From Pocillopora damicornis (lineage: Eukaryota), in assembly GCF_003704095.1 (NCBI RefSeq), contig NW_020845065.1, positions 1 through 64,000 of the forward strand: a stretch of DNA of 64,000 nt. The letters are read 5' to 3'. This document shows positions 11,001 through 22,900 of this stretch, piece after piece. A model generated the notes under the pieces. It was not told where the DNA came from. It saw nothing but the letters and a program-made list of their open reading frames with translations, and searched no databases. The translations under genes were made by a program, and so were the position numbers. Positions within the stretch are counted from its first letter, which is position 1, and each line of letters opens with the position of its first letter.

Positions 11001-14000
11001 TAGCGGGAGTTCAGAGTAAAAACAAAAAAACAGAAAAATAAAATAACTCAAACTGCGGCCCTCGATGAGTTCTTATTAAGTCTCTCCCTCTCTTGGAAGT
11101 GTCCTTCTCCAGTATATTCACCTCCCCTACCGGAAAGCCCTGGGAACTAATGAGCCCTTAGAAGGCTCATTACAATACACACGCTAATACTCGTCATAGT
11201 ATGATCATAATACCGACCTTCTGTTGCACAGCTGCCATACTCTCTTCTTGCTGTTTCTTCTTCTCCATTCTATCTTCCTCCCGTTGCTGTTGCACTTTTG
11301 CAAACTCCAAAATGCGTTCATTCTCCTCCTCCATCAAACGACGCTCGTGCGCTTTCCACTCAGCTCGCTTCGTCTTGAACTCTTCAATGTACCGCTGAGT
11401 AGCCAATTGTTTCTGCAGTCTATTTTCAAGCTCCCTTGTGACATTAACAATGAATAGTTTTAAGTAAGCACTTTTACCGATACATTTAGCTATGTATGGG
11501 TTAAGAATACGTCTCCCTCTATCTGTTTAAGAGACTACTCACTACTAGTTACGAGTTCAAATTATTTGTTGTGTGTATGTGTTAAGCCAGTGTAGGAGAA
11601 GGCAGTATGCGTGAACGTCTTGGGTACATGAAATAACATGTACCCCTCCCCCCCCCCTTCAATAATAATGTGTGCTAAACTGAAAAAATGGTGTACACTA
11701 AATAAATGTTTGATTTAGCTTCTAAACACGAATGAAGTCACAAATTACAAAACTATAGAGCAATTTCCGATTGATTGCCGAAAGAAAAAATATGCGTGTG
11801 CATTGGTTTTGCATTGATTCGCTCTGTGATTGGTCCAGAAAACTTGCGCCACTTTCTCAACCAATCAGATGCAAAACTAACTCCATTCACGACTTGCATT
11901 TTCCGCGCTTGAGGCAGTTCGGTTTTGTTTATACTGAGTTCTCACTGGCTCTTAGAGGTATTTTCCTATCTCCTGATTCCCCTTTGTGATCACTTTGGTT
12001 TGGTATTGCGACACTCGATCGAAAAGCGCTAAAATAGGCAGTGCCAAGTAACCGAAGAACAAACTTAACACCTAAGAGTGAACATCTTGCTACACACCTT
12101 TGATCTTCTTCGTAGATCTTCCTCACGATCTCATCAATCATGAGCTTTTCTTTCAAGAATTCCTCATAAGCCTCCTGTTTGCGGCGCTCCTTTTCTGCCA
12201 GCTGCTTCTCAAGTTGCTCCTGATAACGGACACTTTCTTCCCAGCGTTGATTTTCTTTCACTCGTTCCACTTCTTGTGCTCGCTTGTATTCCTCTTGCAT
12301 CTTAACATGTATTTCATCATCCCGTTTCTGGGTTCGCAAAACGGGCAAAGGAAAAGAAAGAAAAGAAACAAATTGAGAAAAAGATATTTTCACGAAATGT
12401 AGAACTCCTCTAAAAAAACACTTCTTCATCCTGTACGCAAGTGCCTGATTTTCAAATTGATCTGAAACCTACAGAAACTATCAAAGATATTCTGCCAACT
12501 TTCACATAATGCTGAGATCTCTAAACAATTAAAACACATATTTACATTTGATCTGAAACCCACAGAAACTATTAAAGATATTTCGCCAACTTTCAAACAG
12601 TGCTGAGATCTCTAAACAATTAAACATATTTACATTTGATCTGAAACCTACAGAAACTATCAAAGATATTCCGCCAACTTTCAAACAATGCTGAGATCTC
12701 TCATCAATTAAAACACATGTTTACATTTGATCTGAAACCTACTGGAAACTATTATAGATATTCTGCCAACTTTCAAACATTGCTGAGATCTCTCAACAAT
12801 TAAAGCACTCATATTTACACAATGTAAGGTGGACATTACTTAGCAGAGGACTCATGAAAAAGTTTCAAATTTTCAAAATATTTTTCAATCGATGTAAATA
12901 CAAACAGTTAACTTAACTTGAGGTAGAAAAGTACAAAAACTAAGGCTAACTCACAAGTAGGAAATTATTTTCCCATAAGAGTCAAACTGGAGTAAGATTT
13001 CAGTCTACAAGCATGAGAATAATGAGATATTATAATATCAACACCAAGAGCACATACAATTTGGAAAAACTGTCAGCATTACACCTCACCTTACTGTCAA
13101 GTGCCATGGCTCTCTTCTCAGCCAGTTGAGCTGCTCTTTCACGATTCATAAATCCTGCTTTTAATTTGGCTTCAAGTTCCCTCAATTCAACACTAAAAAT
13201 ATTAAATAAACACTTCAATCTTTTATCTCATAAAGACTTTATTTGTATGATGGTTTTCAGAGTATAGTCCTTGTTCAGTGAGTTCACTGTAGTTTGGTAT
13301 ACTTTTAGATGTCCAGATAGCTGAATGCTTTCAGGGAGCACAGTCACACTAATTGTGAAAAAGTTTGCATTGTCCCAACCAAAAGTGTAACTTCTTTCAA
13401 GCCAGAGGTACAAGGTGTCACATTACACCAGAGAGGGAAAGAGAGAGTGGCTGGCGGAAACTGCTATACATACACATACATGAATATTTAATTTAGAGAA
13501 GGGTCTGACAGTTGATTTGAGGGGTTTCTTGTAACATCTGAGTGTTAAGCCAACTGTCCATTTCACATCTTTTTATAAATACACAATTTTTGGGAATAAA
13601 AAAATTTACTGGAGGGTTTTGCACCCTCTAAGAAAGGTGAATGAATATGATGGCAGGAACTTTTAAGTTCAAAGCTGTAGGGTGCTTTTATTATCTTTTT
13701 TTTTAATTGTATAATGCCTTCTTTAGCCTGGTTTTCATATGTTGGGAAAATTCTGAAGGACCTGCAATTTCACTGTTCCCAAATTGTCCCTGATTTTGGT
13801 GATATAATGGGAAATAGACAGGTCTCATTACCAAATTCTTCTGCATGCCATTTTTTATTTGTGATTCAGTGGTACTGTAGCTAGGGATGGCAGCTTAGCC
13901 ATTCCTCTTTTTACCTAACACTGTGACAGTAAAAGTTTTCATAAATCCTGAATGATCAGCAATCATCACAGAATTCTGGGACATTTTCTGGATATTTTCT

Positions 14001-16360
14001 GGGAAAATAGAAATATTCCAGATTTTCCCAACTATCCCAGACAGTTTTCGTTTTTCTGAAACATCATGGTCTTACTGATCACATACTCACTGATTGCCTG
14101 AAATTTTCTGAACTTGTGAAAATAAGGCTCTATTTATCTCCATTCCCCCCACTGCCACCACTGACAAACAAAACTACTGTGTATATTCACTTCTTTGCAG
14201 CAAAAATATTTACCACAAATTCATACAAATCCACTGGATATTGCAGTATTAGACGATAACACATTACCTATTTTCTCGTATCTGCTGCGTCAGCTTCTCT
14301 TTTCGAAGACTCTCTAACTTCATCCTTTCAAGCTCCTGCATGATACAAAATTGATACAGATACTGGTTTAACTTTAGGTGACTGATGATCAACAAGCCAG
14401 GCACATTGACTGTACATGGCCTATCTTTTAATGAAATTAAAAAACATTTAGAGCCAAAATGTGACCTCTCAATGCTTCAAAGGGCCAACCATTTGTTTAG
14501 CATGTTATTGATCAGGCAGTTCTAGTAAATAAAATAGATGCACAAGTACATCAACACAAACTGCTTTAAACTTTGAACTTCCAAAAGTGATTAACAAGTA
14601 ACATCTCCCTATAATATTCACACAATATTCAGCAAAAGGTAATGTGGATACTCAAATCTATTAAGTACAAGTTGTTAACAAATTTACAAGGAAATGAGTA
14701 GCACCTACACTGTAGAGAAAGCAAATTAACAATCAGATCTAGGGAGTTAAAGGGTTTAGACTTACTTAATACATACATTTTACATTCCACAATTTGTCAT
14801 AAGTTTCTCTAGTTTTTGTACCTACCATACTCGCTCTATACTTAAAATCAACACTGACTGTATTTTGCCCTTAGACTAAGCAATGCAATCAGTGTAACAG
14901 TGTTTAAAAACAGCTCTCAGTTCAGGAAGATCCTCTGTTCAAGGTGCTAAATACCAATATTGTACACCCTGTTTAAACTCAAGCCCTAAAACCTGTACTC
15001 TACTTGGCAATACTAACTGGTTTAGGCCTAAGGGATGAAACATCCACCATTAGTATTGGGTCAGTGTGTGTACTAACCTTGGCCAGTCTTTCTTCCTGTT
15101 CTTGTTGTCTTTCCTGAAGAATCTTTTGTTCTTGTTGCTAGTGAGGAAACACAGTATCTGATGTTAATTCTGTGTAGTCTCATGTTAAATGCATGTAATA
15201 CAGTTTAGGCTTCCTTAAACAGGAACCATTGCCTTTGGGAAGCAAAAAAGTTCTTAGTTGGCTGTTTCAGGCAACAGCTGGCCAATATCTGATTTCACCT
15301 TGAGGTTCATGAGTAAAGCTGTTTACTCACAGCTAAGTCTGAAGGGAGCCTTCACTGTAAATACCAAGAAAAGTGTTTTCAGTTGAGCAACAATACCAAA
15401 AATGACAAATTAATGTCCACTTTGCCAGTTTGTATCTTATTCTGTCTTTGGATGACATACATATTTTTCAGTATTAAGTGAAACAGTTTGAAATTTCAAT
15501 CCAATAATCAACAATAGGAACTACAGATAATATCAAGTAAAAGAAATAAAATGGAACCAAGAATTAAATCACACAACAACTTGTTAGAGCAAGTTCCATG
15601 ACAATCCTCAACTTCATCTGAGTAACTGTCACAGCCCGTTAGGCTTTTGTCCTGAGAGATCTTAAATTGCAACAAGGCATATGTCTGCGAAACATTAGAT
15701 TTGTTTTCTATCTGGGGAGGGGGGTATACACTTTCAAACCAGTTTGTTTTGATTGTTCTTTTTTCCAATTTAAGATGTTGTTTAAATAAAAATTAGGAAG
15801 TAAAAACTAGAGATCAAACTGGTATGAACATGTTTAATCCCAGCAAAAAATTTAAACCAGAGCATACACATTTCTGCTATAGATATTGGGATACAGTTTG
15901 CAAACAAGAAGCCGATTACTTGATTGCTAAGTACGAAAGTGATCTACTACTTGCACGCGAAAAATTTACCCACTGTCATAAACAGATACTGAAAAGGAAA
16001 AGCCTTTACTTTTCTGATTCCTTCGTCCATTTCTCTTTCAGTCGCTTCCTGGTGAAGTCTACGTAGAAATCGTTTATTTTCTATCCTTTCTTCACTGGAC
16101 ATGTTAGCCTCTACAACACGTTCCTGGTTGATTCGCTTCAATTGATCTTCCCGAGCAATCTCTTTCCTTCTGTTCTCAGCAAGGAGTTTTTGCTGTTGAG
16201 CATGACTTAAGTTCATTCTTCGAACAGATGCCTTAAAGGAATTACAGAAATAATAATGCATTAAATGGATGCAATACTGAGGAAAACTCACCGTACTGAG
16301 TCATAGACAATCACCACAACTAGCAAGAAAATATCGTACAAATATGCCACTACTAACCAT
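8044..16360 (-). CDS. MNS1: Meiosis-specific nuclear structural protein 1 (ciliary microtubule inner protein), ~501 aa, 13 coding exons: 16358-16360 (ATG, tentative), 16010-16231, 15078-15137, 14268-14335, 13090-13192, 12098-12327, 11218-11434, 10532-10581, 10316-10373, 9844-9966, 9585-9719, 9130-9255, 8044-8154
   Basis: All exon phases are consistent. Recognisable MNS1 motifs: QIRENSVELRELEAKLKAGFMNRERAAQLAEK, KQEAYEEFLKEKLMIDEIVRKIYEEDQ, MLEKFAEDDRIEQMNAQKRRMKQLEHK, HASKLLGFLPKGV. Coiled-coil composition throughout. Confidence 0.93.
9316..9545. mobile_element. Short interspersed MITE-like repeat in an MNS1 intron
   Basis: GAGGACATTACACGGCCGCGCGGAGATAC...TTTTCGCGCGAAAGCTCATTTGGTATTTCATTGGTG; CpG-rich island in an AT-rich intron resembling common coral repeats (recalled, not searched). 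Confidence 0.4.
11757..12032. mobile_element. MITE-like dispersed repeat family (ATTGG/CCAAT-rich core); other copies ~24553-24720 and ~54035-54282, fragments ~5105-5190 and ~41205-41345
   Basis: Shared core TTTGC.TT...TGCTC.GTGATTGGTCCAGAAAA.T.GC...ACCAATCAGAT.CAA.ACTAA. Imperfect terminal inverted ends AGAGCAATTT.. and ..CGACACTCGATCGAAAAGCGCT. Confidence 0.75.
12456..12820. repeat. Minisatellite, ~90-bp unit x4, in an MNS1 intron
   Basis: TTGATCTGAAACCTACAGAAACTATCAAAGATATT...CCAACTTTCAAACAATGCTGAGATCTCT..CAATTAAA.CACATATTTACA recurs four times at ~89-91 bp spacing. Confidence 0.95.
14566..14758. mobile_element. Degenerate TTAA-type (piggyBac-like) MITE
   Basis: Begins TTAAACTTTGAACTTCC and ends GGGAGTTAAAGGGTTTA; similar organisation to 54508-54710. 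Confidence 0.5.
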
Positions 16361-16956
16361 AATATTAACACCAAAGAAGTAAATCAAATCCAAAGCGTAA
16401 ATTTAACTTCTGGGCCACTTTCAAATCTGTGAAAATGCAATATAAGCTTACTAAGACACTACTGGCTCTGATGGACCACCACAAGTACGATCTACTTGAC
16501 AAATTATGTTTGTTGCTGTAACAACGAACGGGCCTCATTTACATGTTCGCCTCAGTTCTCCAAGTTTCTCCTCGGTCTCGCATCACCTCGGAACAACGAC
16601 TCAGCCTGACTGGGTCAAAGTTACCGCTGAGTCCACACAAGTGCAGTCCATTGTTTTCTTGTCCAAATATAATTGTTGTCATGACAACTAGAGCGTCTCA
16701 GTGGGATTCTTTCCACGCGGAGCTTTGCACTGGAATGTCACGCGGGAAACAAAATTCTTACGTCATGCCGAGTTACCTGTTGGTTGTACCTTGCAGCTGC
16801 GGGGAATAGCAGAGGCCATTTTAATATTGTAGAAGGTTGTAATGCTTTTCATGTTGTTACACTGCACGTACCAAGCACCTCTGCACCTAAAGCACTAGCT
16901 TTGTCACTGAACTGAGTGAGGTATCCGCACAGCACAATTGAGGTGCAACTAGGCCC
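16361..16956. promoter_or_regulatory. Bidirectional promoter region between MNS1 and the RBPMS-like gene, with two RFX X-box-like motifs (16512-16525, 16675-16688)
   Basis: Divergent start codons ~600 bp apart. GTTGCTGTAACAAC and the perfect palindrome GTTGTCATGACAAC resemble the X-box GTTNCCATGGNAAC typical of ciliary genes. Confidence 0.6.
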
Positions 16957-19900
16957 ATGGACACCAAATCGACTTCAGATGATGAGGTTTGAGCACTTAT
17001 GCCGCGCGCTTTAGACACGATAGATAGAAGTGAATTCACCCACACCCTAGCGTCCGTAACATATTGATGCTTTCTTTTCTAGGTTCGAACCTTGTTCGTG
17101 AGCGGCTTGCCAATCGATGTAAAACCTCGAGAAATATACCTCCTTTTCCGAGGCTTCAAGGTACGCTGCGCTTTCTTCGGCACAAGTGTTTTGTCGCTAA
17201 TATTTTCCGTACAACATCATTTACGGCTCGGCTGAAAATGCCGAAAAGCGAGACATTAATCTTGAATGGGATTCGATAGGCATCAATCTAAATTTCTCTT
17301 AGACAAATCAGCGAAATAAATGAAGAGCTAAGTAAACTTATTTTACCGTTAAACGATTTAAATGACTGTCAATGTTTTGTAATCGACTTGGGCAAGGTCG
17401 CAGGGTTCAACTAGGTATTGAAAGAAACAAATGAATATTGAAAAGCGTTCGTTTCCCTTCGAGAAGCTTAAATGTTATAATAGCACGGTGCTATTTTCGT
17501 CTGAGCCTTACAGCTGCGACATAAGAGTTATTAGCAATAGTTGCAACAACTTTACGTAACTTTTGGTCTCCTGCAAAGTCAGCAGCACAGATTTTGGCAA
17601 ATATTTGCAGTGCGTCTGGCGCCGCCATTATGAACGTACACGATTTATGGTGTTAAGCTAACTCATCTTTTATGCAAACAAATAACAAAGAAGCGGCTTG
17701 TGAGTTCTCTTTTATTCTTCACAGGAATGTACACGACCCTAAATTTTATAAATAAACGAAGAAGTCTTGCGAAGTTTGCCCAAATCAGAAACTGGCGAAT
17801 TACGTTCAAAACGAAGAGGGTTGGCAATTTTGCGCAGAAATTGAAAGTTGTAATTATCACTTCGCTATGCTCACGATTCCAGGAGCAATTAAGGACAAGG
17901 AAAGCTAATTAGGTGCTCAAAAAGAATAGACAGAATTTGAAAGCGGCATGTGGTTAGAACATTTGCATGGAAGGTGATTACTTTGCGACCAAGTTGGTCA
18001 AATTAGAGATACATCTGTTACAGATCCACTTCGTAAACCAACCTGACGATTTAGCTTCGTTTTAGTTCAGGTTGTGATACATATCTGAATAAATTGTTTA
18101 TACCTCGTGTAAATCAAACACCATTATCGCGACTGACTGAGAAGTAAAAGGCGAAAACCTAAGTATCGTAAATACTCGATTGACGAAACCGTAGACCTCC
18201 CATTAGTCAACAGTTGAAAAGAATTAATTTGTGCAAGGCCCGATTTTGCTAAATAGATAACGGTTTATTCACTAGACATCGAAATTCACACAATACGGTT
18301 TGAGTGATATCAGGAAAAACTATTGTTATTCCGAATTGATCTTCTTGAAAACATACCATTGTACTAGCTTCAGTCTTCTTTTACGACAAGATCAACTAAC
18401 ACACCGTACTCGACTTTTAAGCAATACTAAGAATATGTATCATCAATAACTCAATCATTTCCGTAGATCATAATATAACACATGTAATTTTGCTTGTTCA
18501 AGATATATTTTTGCGTTGAAGCTCAAATGTACATGTGTCCTGTGTGTTTTAACACCGGCTTGGAATACAACGATAACTGAGTAGGCATTTTTTTACGAGA
18601 AGATTTATCTCATTCTCCGGAACGAAACAATGGGTGTTTTGAAAATACATATTCAAGTTTGTTTTCAATTGATTTGCTTCCCTTCTTTGCATAAAACATA
18701 ATGTTGCATTTACAAATATTCGATCCTTCGAGATCGGTCTGATATCGATCACCAACAACCCAGTATCGCCACATTAAAAAGCATTAAGATATTTTTGTAC
18801 GACTCTCGTTTCATGCCAAAACCTGACAAACAATAAGTTTTGTCTCCGCTTTTTCTCTGTTGCAGTTACAACAATTTTCTGCATTTAGAGATGGTTTTGA
18901 ATTCGAGATCTTTGCGTAAAATTAATTTTTTTTTCTTTCGGAATTTCTCGCAACCCACGCCAGCAAGATAATACTGTATTGAGAGCTGGCAATTTTCGCC
19001 CAGCGTGGAAGACTAAGAAAGTTTGTTATTATTGTTCCAGGGTTATGAAGGATCACTGCTTAAGCTTACAGACAAACAGGTAGGAATAATAATGATAATA
19101 GCAGGGTGGAAGAAACAATTATTAAGCCAACTGTGTCTCACTCTGTTGAATAATACATTTCTACCTTATGGTTCTCATTTCTCATTAACTCTGGGCTAAA
19201 TAGACTCGCAATGGATGTAGCGTTTGAGTCTTAAACAAATTGAATCATAAAAATACGTCAGACGTAAATCTACGTGAAGTAGAATATTTGGTATCTTTTT
19301 GCAAAGGACCACTTTTCGAAACCAATTTTAACGTGTGCCGTTGAATCTTCTAACATTCTGTTCTTGGGGTGGAATTCAATCTCAGGCCTCGCTGGTTTCC
19401 AGGCCGAGTCGAAGTTTCGAATTTAAGATGCTCCACTCCATAATGACAGGAAACTCTCTAGACTGCAAAAATTCAGTCTAAGCCATCAAAAAATAATATC
19501 TTAAGAAGTTTTGAAGTTAAAGCCTTTTAACTCCTTTTGTGGGGGGTAATTAACAATGTTAATCCATCCAAAAGTGCTCAGGGTGAGTGTTGGTATGACA
19601 TGAATTCCTTAAACAAAACATTCTGAGGCTTGCTGTGAGCATAGAAAACTTCCAATAGCTTTGCTGCAAAGAAAAGTATTCAACGATATAATTACCATCC
19701 CATGTGGTCTTGCAGGGCTACTGAATAAATTTTCTGTGCGGGAAATTGTTTCAATAGTGAGCCCGTAGCTTCTCTAGGTTCAATTTTTTTTAACTCACTT
19801 CCTAAATAATAATAAGAAACAAACTCCCTTGAAAAATGGCGGACATGAAAGCTATGCTCTTCATCTTTACCTTTGATTCTTCCAACAGCATGATTAAATA

Positions 19901-22900
19901 CTGAAAAATAAAGTTTCTGACAAAATCAGACAATCGATCATTATGACCAACTTCTAAACCTCTTGTATATCTTTTTTTTGTCATTACAACAGGGAAAACC
20001 TTCGGTAAGTGTAACAGTACTTATCATTCAATTCTCTTCGTGAAACTTGTAGTTCGTTTATTGATTGTGACACTGAAAAGATGCACGCATGTGATTGGTC
20101 CTGAGAAACCATAATTGATTTGTAGATTAAAGATAAAAAAGTCAAATTACGAAAATACTTTGGCTAAGCAAATTTTACACAAACACCTTGACGATAGAAA
20201 CGTATGAAATTAACTTTATGATTTCTTGGGATATTTCATAATAATTCAGAATATAATATAAGAAGTTTATGATGTTATCAAGTATACCCCCAGTGAGTTC
20301 TTTGCACTTTATAGTACCCAAACACATGTAACTGATAGGCGTTTCAGTGTGTGTCTCATTATAGCAACTTGTATTCTTAATAATTTCTGTCTAAAAACAA
20401 TTCATCTTTTGACCTTAGCCTGTTGCATTCGTCACGTTTGAAAGCAGAGAGGAGGCAGAGGAGGCTAAAGCTTCGTTGCAGGTAAGAAAATAAAAAACAA
20501 GCAAGTAATTCATTGTGTGCCCTACACTGATGAACGACAGAATATAGCTCTCACCACAACTGTTCAGTTATTTACAATATTTATACAGGTTGGGCATGTT
20601 CATCTTTAGAGCTGTGTTAAATGGGGGCCTGTATAAATAAACGAAAAAAAGCTACGTTCCCTACTATTTGCGAGAAGTGCGTTTTTTTTAACGTCCCCTG
20701 CTAAACGCACGCTGGGGTTGACTAGAAAAAAAACACGCACGTACCGGTTGCAAAGTTGATATTTGGGAAGTAAAAATGTAATCTGTTGAACTACACAAAC
20801 AAATTTATAAATGTTTAAAAACCCATTTTAATATGGAAAAATTTAAGACAACTATGCCCATATTTCAAAAACTAGACCAATGCCTTTTTCAAGAATACAG
20901 TTTCAATCCTGTATTTCTATCCTTAGGATAGTAAACTGAACATTTCGTACAGTTCTAATTCTTTTGTTAGTTTACTTTGCCTCAATTACGAGACTATTCA
21001 TGCTTTTTTTTTCTTTTAAATATTATTATTAAGGGTGTACGATTCGATCCAGATGTCTCGCAAACGCTTCGTTTGGAGTTTGCTCGCTCTAATACCAAGG
21101 TATCCAAGCCGGTGAACAAACAGGCTGTGTTAACTTCCGTTCCACCCTTCTTTCCTCGAGAGCCTCAGCTCAGTAAGTACAAAGTTCAAATATAATACGA
21201 TCTATTAACAAGTTTTATCAAGGACTTATTAGTTTGGTACGAATGATTTCAACAACATTGTCATCAGAAAAAGCATAAACAAAAAAGAGGAAAAACCTAG
21301 ATAGGGATTTATTAGCATATATAACTACACTCTGACTATATGCCCGGCAGCTGAACTATTTCCACAGAATTTCCACCGAAAATTTTTCCCTTCGAGTGTC
21401 ATACCCCATTCACGCCAGCAATACATGTTAAGTTAAACCGTGTTTAACTTAATAAAAATCAGAAACAGAGAAATGAAGAACTAAACTTTCCATAGGGTTA
21501 AAGCAGTCGGTAACTTGGATTTTAAATTTGCTAAATTTGAAGTCGACAAACACTAGTCTAAGCAGCTTGAGTGAAGGAAACAAATTTACACCGTGTTGAA
21601 CAAAACGTGTTTAATAAATGTTTCGGCTTTGGTATGAATGAGTTAATAATATACTCACCGCGTGTGCCTATGCTTTATGTTAATTGATTCGATTTTGCGC
21701 TGTCCTCTTTTCTTTTCGTGACGTTTGAGGTTATACCCCTTAGCGATTTCCACCTTCCTCATTGTCTCTGCGTTTCTTTTTCTTTCTTTTTTTCAGTGCA
21801 TACAGAGCTTGCTGCAGCAGGATTTCTGCCGGGACCAGAGCCGAGCATAGCATACCCTGCGTGAGTAAAGTTGAACTAAACTGATCTAAAAAGCACTCTG
21901 AAGCGTTGGTAACTTTGTAACATGTAAGGTGCAGTAATATGGCCTACATTCAGTGAGAATCTTACTCAAAATGTGTTTTATTGCATTGTTACTTTGCACA
22001 ATGACTTTTGCAGAACTTTCTGTTTCAGGAAAAAAAACTGTTTGTTTGTCTGAATCCACAAATGACAGAGAATTGTTTTGCATAATATTGAGTTATATGT
22101 CTTGTCCATATCGATGAGATGTACGAGTGTAAAACGCTTTCCCTCTCACCAAGCTCAAACCCACGACCCTGAGGTTGGGTCTTTTTTTCAAAATTCAGAG
22201 GGACTCTCAACTCGAGGGCGTGATAAATCACTTCTCCCCTGATACAATTAGCACGTTAGAAATAATCAGTTACTGTGCCAAAAAGAATAAGTACAGCGCG
22301 TTTTAAGCACAACTAAAAATGATGAACCAGTCACACCTTGAGGATTGTGTAACGTCTAAGTGTCGGTTTAACTTGTTCTAAACTTTCGCACAAGTTAGGT
22401 CCGCAGTACTAAGAATCAAGCAAAAACTACTTTCATTATAAGAAAAGTTAAAAAATAAATAACTGATGATAGCATCTCGTAATGCAGTCGATTTTTCTTG
22501 TCTTGTCACTCCAACAGGCCAATATTTAGCGACATCATGGCAGCTACAGCTCAACACACTTTCAATCATCATCCCTCCAGTATACTACAGCTACAAGTGC
22601 GTCTTACTAACTCTTACATAGCAAACTGAAGGCGTCTTTGAGTCTAAAAAAGAGAATATTAGTTTTTTGAAAGAATTTCCTTATATTTCTATTTTTTTTT
22701 TCTAATGAAGATTAAGACCAAACGGTCACTGATTTCATTAAGTCTGTATCCTGCAATAGCAAGTATGGTTAAAAACTAGGGAAAGACCTCTGGAAGTGTA
22801 TGGAAGCCCCTGTATTTCGTCGGTATGAATGAGTTATAACGGAAAGAAATCCAATTTATCAAATTTTCTCCAACAAATAATCGAAATGAAGAACTAAAGA

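Noticed and set aside
12456-12820. CRISPR-like array
   Set aside because: Whole units repeat without unique spacers; eukaryotic intron; no cas genes.
16292-16304. Alternative MNS1 first exon ATGACTCAGTACG|GTGAGT
   Set aside because: It ends in phase 1, whereas the next acceptor needs phase 0; ATG|GTTAGT at 16358-16360 fits better, though it is itself tentative.
21465-22900. Shared short words in RBPMS-like introns (GAAATGAAGAACTAAA, GGTATGAATGAGTTA)
   Set aside because: Only 15-16 bp, and in swapped order; probably decayed repeat fragments with no supportable function.
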